Below, piece by piece: positions 28,705 through 34,613 of a stretch of DNA of 34,613 nucleotides. This DNA comes from Promethearchaeota archaeon (lineage in GTDB: Archaea > Asgardarchaeota > Lokiarchaeia > Sigyniarchaeales > SOKP01). The position numbers and the translations under genes are program-made. Every line of letters begins with the position of its first letter. Position 1 is the first letter of the stretch. The DNA lies in NCBI GenBank assembly GCA_048939995.1, contig JBHLOY010000018.1, positions 1-34,613 on the forward strand, written 5' to 3'. The notes beneath the pieces are model-generated. The model saw nothing but the letters and a program-made list of their open reading frames with translations, did no database searches and had not been told where the DNA came from.

Positions 28705-28749
28705 GCTCTATATCGAAAGGTTCTATAACGAACCATTCTATATAGATAT
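28705..28749. promoter_or_regulatory. Array of three 15-bp MarR-like operator repeats
   Basis: GCTCTATATCGAAAG, GTTCTATAACGAACC and ATTCTATATAGATAT in tandem. The central one is the palindrome GGTTC-N6-GAACC (28719-28734), upstream of the marR-nitroreductase pair. Confidence 0.65.
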
Positions 28750-28784
28750 ATTAATTTATTCATTTATAAAGTTTTTTATATTAG

Positions 28785-28907
28785 TACTCAAATAAGGACA
28801 TAAAATTAGATTTTGACTTTGCCTTAAGTCAAGGAAGCGATTTGAAAAAGTCAGAGATCATCATAAATAAAGAATACCTAGACTGCTTAGATGGGATTGA
28901 AGAGTTT
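28785..28907 (+). pseudogene. Internal remnant of a TsaA/TrmO-family tRNA methyltransferase
   Basis: KSEIIINKEYLDCLDGIEEF matches the TsaA motif SEIxIxxEYxxxLDGIEEFSH. The match ends at the stop of the convergent gene. Confidence 0.55.
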
Positions 28908-28909
28908 TA

Positions 28910-29290
28910 TTATAGAAATAGTATTAATATATTCAATATAACAAGACTAATTGAAGCAATAAGAATTATACCAAACATGAGTACAAATATCCATTGCTTT
29001 CTTTGACCATAATATCCTGAAGAATTAATAACTGCATAAATTACTAATCCCATTGCGAGAATAAAGAAATACGGCGCCCAGGAGAATCCAATAAGGAGAA
29101 AAATTCCACTCAAGAGACATAGAATTCCCATGACCATTTCAGCAGTGATATGAAACTTTATTGATATAGATTCTGTTTTTAATTCTGGAACTTGCTTTGT
29201 TAGAAGCAGCATTGTCCAAAGTCCTATAATCCCTATTCCTATTACTATTGCGTATATTCCACTAATTATTAAAAGAGCTATGTTTCTCAC
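28910..29290 (-). CDS. Small four-TM membrane protein
   Basis: Four hydrophobic helices; FHITAE and INSSGYY motifs. Confidence 0.8.
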   Translation of the reverse strand: MRNIALLIISGIYAIVIGIGIIGLWTMLLLTKQVPELKTESISIKFHITAEMVMGILCLLSGIFLLIGFSWAPYFFILAMGLVIYAVINSSGYYGQRKQWIFVLMFGIILIASISLVILNILILFL

Positions 29291-29353
29291 ATTATGACAT
29301 AATTTGAATATTAAAGAAAAAGAGTTAATTCAATAAAAGATTTTCTAATGGTA

Positions 29354-29830
29354 TTACAATTTGAGCCAGTTGATGAATTCCTTAATATACCCTTTAGCTT
29401 TTTCCATTTCTTCGGGAAGTATTGGACCTTTAATTTCCTTAACTCTCGCAGTTAACAATTCGTAATAGGTCTTTTCAACCATCGATGCTTTTTCTATTTT
29501 ATTTAAATACTTCTTTGCATATCCTTGGACTTTTTCTGTTGGCATTGCATGGGTTAGAAAACCAGTCCCATATTGAATTTTTTTACCAGCTTTTCCCAAT
29601 GCTTTATTTAGGTCATTTAACCATTTCTGTGATTTTGGACCTCCTCTAAACGCTCGTACTGCTCCTCCTAAAATAATTACATCTGGAAGATACTCAACAA
29701 TGTTTTTTGGAGATACATCCTTCACATCAGCAATATTGATGTCCATTTCAGCTGAAAACTCTTCTTTAAGAGCTTCCGCTAACAACTTTCCATTTCCAAA
29801 CCTAGTATCAGTCATAATCTGTACTTTCAT
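29354..29830 (-). CDS. Flavodoxin-family protein
   Basis: MKVQIMTDTRFGNGKLLAEAL...DVIILGGAVRAF...VKEIKGPI. ATG at 29830 is the likely start. Confidence 0.85.
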   Translation of the reverse strand: MKVQIMTDTRFGNGKLLAEALKEEFSAEMDINIADVKDVSPKNIVEYLPDVIILGGAVRAFRGGPKSQKWLNDLNKALGKAGKKIQYGTGFLTHAMPTEKVQGYAKKYLNKIEKASMVEKTYYELLTARVKEIKGPILPEEMEKAKGYIKEFINWLKL

Positions 29831-29936
29831 GTTTTTATAAAGTGAAATATTGTTTAATAAATTTACATAGACCAATTTTCTTTTAATCACTCAATAAAAA
29901 CATACTTGGAACTTACATTAATGTATAATCCAAATT

Positions 29937-30733
29937 GATAATAATCAAATCCTTCCAAGCTTTTAGACCTTTTAGACTTGAGTATGAAGTGGCTGAATAT
30001 AGTAGTTACTCTGAAATTCGAAATTTTACTCAAACTTTAGAATAAATTTCTTTATTTTTCTTTTTTAAAATACACTTAAAGAAGGGGATATCAATTAAAA
30101 TTGCTTTAATTATATCAATTGACTCTAAATCATCGAATTTGATCCACCATGGCGCAGTATTTCTCTTTTCAAGGTAAAAGTATAAATCCCACATCTTTCT
30201 AAATTTATGAAATTTAATCTTTGATAGATTCTCAATATCCATAATGATTAACTTCTCTTTAATTGTTATGCCACTTGGAATATCAGGAAAATACTTCTTA
30301 TGAGCATTATCAGGATCCTTCGAAATTATTCTTTTATTTGTTACATAAAACTCGGGAGGTTCTTTGAGTCTCTCTGTGTAGGAGCGTAGATACATCCTTA
30401 TTATTAAGAAAGCAAAAATGTTTACTCCAAATCCGAATATAATATATGGAACGAGTACTATTGGTGAATTGGAAGTAAAAGCTTCTATTAACAACGTAAA
30501 TAAGATGGGTGTAGTAAATATAAGGTTAATATACTTAATTATAACCCTCTCATAGGATAAGGAGGATGTTCCTTGCCAAAGTACTTTTTCATCTTGAACA
30601 AAGTTTATATTATCCATTAAATGAATGGTAAAAGTATAGATTTAAATATACTTGGGATTAAGGATATCAAAAATACATTAGTCATAATTTTTATTATTAA
30701 TGATGATAGTTAAAATCTTCCAAGCTATTAGAC
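29937..30733. repeat. Diverged direct repeats (29937-29968 and 30702-30733) flanking gene 30030-30617
   Basis: GATAATAATCAAATCCTTCCAAGCTTTTAGAC versus GATGATAGTTAAAATCTTCCAAGCTATTAGAC (26/32), plus shared ATACTTGG, TACATTA and AGTAGT(T/A)AC blocks. Confidence 0.75.
30030..30617 (-). CDS. Two-TM membrane protein with a bacterial PH-like domain
   Basis: DEKVLWQG, two TM helices and FYVTNKRII. Confidence 0.72.
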   Translation of the reverse strand: MDNINFVQDEKVLWQGTSSLSYERVIIKYINLIFTTPILFTLLIEAFTSNSPIVLVPYIIFGFGVNIFAFLIIRMYLRSYTERLKEPPEFYVTNKRIISKDPDNAHKKYFPDIPSGITIKEKLIIMDIENLSKIKFHKFRKMWDLYFYLEKRNTAPWWIKFDDLESIDIIKAILIDIPFFKCILKKKNKEIYSKV

Positions 30734-30834
30734 GCAGTTTTTTTATAATTCTAGTCTGAGAGTAGTAACCTTTTTAATTAATTTTTCTTTAAAAAAATAA
30801 ATCCAAAAATAAATGAAGTACTGTTGTATTAAAT

Positions 30835-31632
30835 TTGCCTAAAGTTAAGATTGATAGTACAAATCTTTATTACGAGATTCATGGTAATGGGTTTCCTCTT
30901 ATAATGATACAAGGCTTATCTGAGAATGTATTTTGGTGGGATATTCCTCTGATAGATGAACTCTCAAAACGTTTCAAGACTATTCTTTTTGATAACAGAG
31001 GTGTAGGAAGGAGTGATAAGTTGGAAGGAGATTTAACAATAGAACTTATGGCTACTGATGTAGTAGGCCTAATGGATGCTTTACATATTAATCAAGCTCA
31101 CATCGTTGGTCATTCCATGGGAGGAATGATAGCGCAAGAATTATCTCTTAAATTTCCAGAGCGGATCAAAAAGCTTGTCCTTTATGGAACAAGCTGTGGA
31201 GGATCCAAGGCAGAAATGCCTTCAATAGAAACTCAAAAGATATTAGGAAAATTATCAAGGAAAGGTCATACGAGAAATCTAGTAGAAGAGGGTATGAATC
31301 ATGTTTTTACCAAGAAGTTCATGGAAGAAAATCCTGACTTTATGGTAAAAAAGGTTGATGACATTCTGATACTTCCAACTGGACCCACCACATTTAAAGC
31401 CCAAATGACCGCATGGATGAGATATACCTCATGTAGAAAATTGAAAAATATGAATATTCCTACTTTGATTTTGCATGGTAAACAAGATATTATGGTCCCA
31501 CCAAGTAATGCTGAACTACTAGCTGAGAAAATTCCGAGAGCAGAAATCGTATATTTCGATTCAAACGCTCATTTGCTACATTCAGAGCAACCTGACAAAT
31601 TTCTAAAAGTTTTATTCAAATTTCTTGAGTAA
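30835..31632 (+). CDS. Alpha/beta hydrolase
   Basis: DNRGVGRS, GHSMGG nucleophile motif, HGKQD acid and AH catalytic His. Confidence 0.94.
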   Translation: MPKVKIDSTNLYYEIHGNGFPLIMIQGLSENVFWWDIPLIDELSKRFKTILFDNRGVGRSDKLEGDLTIELMATDVVGLMDALHINQAHIVGHSMGGMIAQELSLKFPERIKKLVLYGTSCGGSKAEMPSIETQKILGKLSRKGHTRNLVEEGMNHVFTKKFMEENPDFMVKKVDDILILPTGPTTFKAQMTAWMRYTSCRKLKNMNIPTLILHGKQDIMVPPSNAELLAEKIPRAEIVYFDSNAHLLHSEQPDKFLKVLFKFLE

Positions 31633-31657
31633 AAGAATATCATTTCTCACATCAGAT

Positions 31658-32335
31658 TTAAAGTAAATAAGGTTTTTCCTTTATTTTTTTTTTGGTATGT
31701 TTACGTTTCTGTAATCTCCAACCCAAGTTGACAATTGAATTATAGAAAAAATTTGGGATGAATCTTTTCGAAAATAAGTCAACTGCTTCCTGAGGGATCT
31801 CTTTACCCTCCGCTAAAGCTTGAGCTGTAATATCTAATCCCTTCACGACATTTCTCACCATTCCTCCTCTCTCTAATAGAGGCATTCCACCAATCGACCC
31901 TCCTTGACCAAGAGCAAGTCCACCTTTCCATACAAATTCACAATCTTCAGCAAAAATTTTACATATACGTAGTGCAGTCAAATTTTGGTAAAATTCAGGG
32001 AATCCATTTTGAGAGATGGCGATGAAATTTTTAGATTTTTTAGATTCTAATCGATCTCTTTCTTCTTTAATAAGTTCCATTGCTTTAACTACTGGAGCTG
32101 GTAAACTATCAACGTATAATGGGAATGAAAGGACTATTAAATCTGCTTGGGCAATCATATCAAAAAGCTTTTTTATTGTTTCTTCTCGATTGACAAGCCG
32201 GTGAACAAATCCTGTCTCACTTTCCATCCCTAATTCTTCTAATTTAGAGATGAGGTAATTTCCGAGAGATGCTGAAGAACTTTTTTCTCCTTTTGGGCTC
32301 CCAACTAACAAAAGTACCTTTTTATCTGTGCTCAT
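31658..32335 (-). CDS. Flavodoxin-fold NAD(P)H-dependent oxidoreductase
   Basis: LLVGSPK...S, FPLYVDSLP and QNGFPE motifs. Overlaps the upstream gene by ATGA. Confidence 0.88.
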   Translation of the reverse strand: MSTDKKVLLLVGSPKGEKSSSASLGNYLISKLEELGMESETGFVHRLVNREETIKKLFDMIAQADLIVLSFPLYVDSLPAPVVKAMELIKEERDRLESKKSKNFIAISQNGFPEFYQNLTALRICKIFAEDCEFVWKGGLALGQGGSIGGMPLLERGGMVRNVVKGLDITAQALAEGKEIPQEAVDLFSKRFIPNFFYNSIVNLGWRLQKRKHTKKKIKEKPYLL

Positions 32336-32901
32336 GCTATTCCCTCCACTTTTTCTAATAAATTGCTAAAATCTTTAATGAAATCATCTTTACTTAGGTT
32401 TTTAATATATATTATAGCTTCATGAATAGGTGCGCCCATATTAAGCGAATTACGATTCACCAATTCCTTGAATACAGACTCCTTTTCCTCATCTGGGGTA
32501 TCTAAAACTCCAACTGCAATAATTGAACTTCTCTTCTTATAACGATACTTATGATGAGTCTCTCCATTTCTTTTTGTAAAGTACGGCAAGAGAACTGGAA
32601 TAAACCGATCTAATACTTTTTTAAGCTCCGAGGAATATCCACCAAATGTAATAGGCGTCAAATGAATAACCAGATCATTCTGAACCATTTTTTTAGCGAG
32701 CTCTCGACCATCATCGTCGGTTTTACATTCCCCTGGTGTTTTCATCCAACAATCAAATTCACCTTGACAAGGTGCAACTTTAGTTTCTCTTAATAAGATT
32801 GATTCCACGTCAAATACATGCCTAGCAAGTTCTTCTTGTAATAAAGAACCAATGCTTCCAAAATCATTCTTTAAACTACCGTCTAATAAAAGTGCTTTCA
32901 T
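32332..32901 (-). CDS. Iron-sulfur flavoprotein/NADPH-dependent FMN reductase-family protein
   Basis: CQGEFDCWMKTPGECKTDDD and TPITFGGYSSELKKVLDR. Confidence 0.88.
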   Translation of the reverse strand: MKALLLDGSLKNDFGSIGSLLQEELARHVFDVESILLRETKVAPCQGEFDCWMKTPGECKTDDDGRELAKKMVQNDLVIHLTPITFGGYSSELKKVLDRFIPVLLPYFTKRNGETHHKYRYKKRSSIIAVGVLDTPDEEKESVFKELVNRNSLNMGAPIHEAIIYIKNLSKDDFIKDFSNLLEKVEGIA

Positions 32902-33039
32902 ATTTTTTCCTCATATAGAATACGTTAGAGATGGATTGTCTTTACTTAAAAGTTAGCCTTATAAAAAAAAGGAATATACTATTAACATATTAATACTTAA
33001 TACATTTATTTAAAGAAATTCAATGATATAAAAGTTCAA

Positions 33040-33957
33040 TTGAGTAATTTTGAGTTGATGAGAATGCCTTGGATTAATGATGAAGGAAAATTTAATGAAA
33101 ACATAACATTAATAGATACAAATATGCTAGGGATGCCAAAAGACACGGGCATATATTTAATAGAAGGCACTAAAAGAACAGCGTTAATTGATGCTGCTGC
33201 CCCTCAAGAAGCAAAACATTGCATTAAAAAACTGGAAAATATGAGCATTACTCCCGATTTACTTATATTAACCCACTCTCATTGGGATCATGCTGCTGGA
33301 ACGCCTGTATTTCGGGAAAGATATCCAAACATGGAAATAATGGTTGGAAAAAATGGAATACAATCTCTTAAAGATCCTAAAAAATTTAATGAACCGTTTA
33401 TTGAGTTTCCTTTTTTACCAGATTTAGAAAAAATTGAAGGTTTAACTCCTTTAAAAGATGGAGACAAGATTGATTTGGGCGAATTAGAATTATTGATTCT
33501 TGAAACCCCCGGTCATACAAACTGTGGCATTTCTATTTTTGAACCAAATCATAAAGTGTTATTTATAGGAGATAGTTTAGGTAACTTATGGACATTGAAG
33601 CATATTATGCCGTTAATTATGCCTCCGGAATTTTCAGAAGAAAAATACCTCACAACTATTGAGAAAGTTAAAAATTTAGATTATGATTCCATTGCCCTTG
33701 CTCATTATGGGATTTTAACTGAGTCAAATGCTCATAATTTTCCCAATCTGGTAAAATCTGCTTATTTTGAATGGAAAGATTTTTTCATCGCAATGTGGGA
33801 CAAAAATCCTAACGATGATTTTGTAATCAGCCAATTTGTAAAACGAATGAATGAAAGAGGAATATATAATCTTCCTGAAAATAAGTTTACGCTAGAGTTT
33901 TTTGGAGCATGGATGCTAGCGGGGTTAAGATCGGGCAATTTGATAAAGGCATTGTAA
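33040..33957 (+). CDS. Metallo-beta-lactamase-fold hydrolase
   Basis: THSHWDHAAG, TPGHT, GDSLG and AHYG motifs. Confidence 0.93.
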   Translation: MSNFELMRMPWINDEGKFNENITLIDTNMLGMPKDTGIYLIEGTKRTALIDAAAPQEAKHCIKKLENMSITPDLLILTHSHWDHAAGTPVFRERYPNMEIMVGKNGIQSLKDPKKFNEPFIEFPFLPDLEKIEGLTPLKDGDKIDLGELELLILETPGHTNCGISIFEPNHKVLFIGDSLGNLWTLKHIMPLIMPPEFSEEKYLTTIEKVKNLDYDSIALAHYGILTESNAHNFPNLVKSAYFEWKDFFIAMWDKNPNDDFVISQFVKRMNERGIYNLPENKFTLEFFGAWMLAGLRSGNLIKAL

Positions 33958-34079
33958 CTACATAACTCATATGATATAACTTCAGAATTCAAACTTTTTA
34001 ACAAAAACCTTCCCCTTACTCTTATTTAAATACAAATAATTTATATTCAAATTAAATAAAATTAAAAAGGTGAAATTTT

Positions 34080-34580
34080 ATATCAAATGGAAAAGGGTTA
34101 GGTATAATCGCTCTTTTAATAGCAATATCTGGTTTAGGGTTAGGAGTTTATACATTAGTGTTCCCCCCAGTCCAAGATACTAATTTTGGAATTCAAAACA
34201 CCTGGTTTAGCTATGACCCAAATATGTATGCAACTAATCCCACTAGTACTGATATTTTTTTAGATGCCCTTACAGTTAATTTTACAGTAAATTCCGGAGA
34301 ATCAGTCTATTTTCTTTTTAATACCTATGCTGTCGTGACCGGAGGGGGATTAACAGCAATTCAATTTAACTTTGTTTTAGATGGTTTGAAAAAAGGTCCT
34401 CCTACTTACCCCGAACTAATTTACGCAAGCAATGGTGCAGATCAGTATGGTTCTGTAACTCTTCAAATTACAAGCGTCATATCTGCTGGTTTTCATAATT
34501 TGACCATTTCTATTATGGGTTCATATGTGGGTAATGGAATTCGTGATAGTACTCTATTAGTTCAAACCTATATCCCCTAA
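34080..34580 (+). CDS. Membrane-anchored beta-sandwich protein, paralogue of 20594-21100, with an apparent ATA start
   Basis: ATA TCA AAT GGA AAA GGG TTA aligns codon-for-codon with ATG TCA AAA GGA AAA GGA TTA of the paralogue. SD AGGTGA lies 6 nt upstream; in-frame TGA at 34071. Confidence 0.8.
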   Translation: MSNGKGLGIIALLIAISGLGLGVYTLVFPPVQDTNFGIQNTWFSYDPNMYATNPTSTDIFLDALTVNFTVNSGESVYFLFNTYAVVTGGGLTAIQFNFVLDGLKKGPPTYPELIYASNGADQYGSVTLQITSVISAGFHNLTISIMGSYVGNGIRDSTLLVQTYIP

Positions 34581-34613
34581 AAAGTTGCAATTAAAATAAT
34601 TAATTGTTAAAAA

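Noticed and set aside
28813-28832. Hairpin TTGACTT-N6-AAGTCAA as an RNA element
   Set aside because: Short and weak, and it lies inside the TsaA-like remnant; cannot be told from chance.
4297-33957. Short ORFs from the track lying mostly inside real genes (4297, 6348, 10497, 11357, 17070, 17610, 18509, 19441, 19523, 23147, 23510, 24389, 25388, 27454, 28404, 32016, 33762)
   Set aside because: Antisense or alternate-frame shadows of well-supported genes, with no recognisable motifs.
1-34613. tRNA, rRNA, transposase, integrase, prophage or defence genes; additional Sec-readthrough genes
   Set aside because: No GC-rich structured RNA-like stretch or mobile-element motif was seen. In a by-eye check, the other TGA-ending genes showed no comparable open extension plus SECIS-like hairpin.

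Overview
AT-rich (roughly 30% GC by eye) archaeal DNA, most likely from an Asgard archaeon (Lokiarchaeia-like). Evidence for this: a Rab-like GTPase, roadblock remnants, a longin-like domain, an archaeal ThrRS editing domain, TATA boxes, GGTGA-type Shine-Dalgarno (SD) motifs and T-tract terminators. It is an accessory region of about 35 genes: secreted or surface glycoproteins, many flavin/redox enzymes, an MFS transporter, two regulators and several intergenic gene remnants. I saw no tRNA, rRNA, CRISPR array or transposase. The top observation is at 9345-9859. A ubiquitin/MoaD-like (beta-grasp) ORF appears to stop at TGA-TGA, exactly where the MoaD/ThiS Gly-Gly motif would lie. The frame then stays open for 37 more codons to a TAA, and 9 nt later there is a eukaryote-type SECIS-like hairpin (AUGA...AA loop...GA). 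This is a candidate new selenoprotein with two adjacent selenocysteines. Other highlights: a 1.3 kaa surface receptor-like protein with a cytoplasmic longin plus wHTH tail, a Rab pseudo-GTPase, genes that appear to start at CTG or ATA (including a flavodoxin missed by the ORF track), and a ThrRS editing domain with altered key residues. All family assignments are from motif recognition by eye; no database searches were run.
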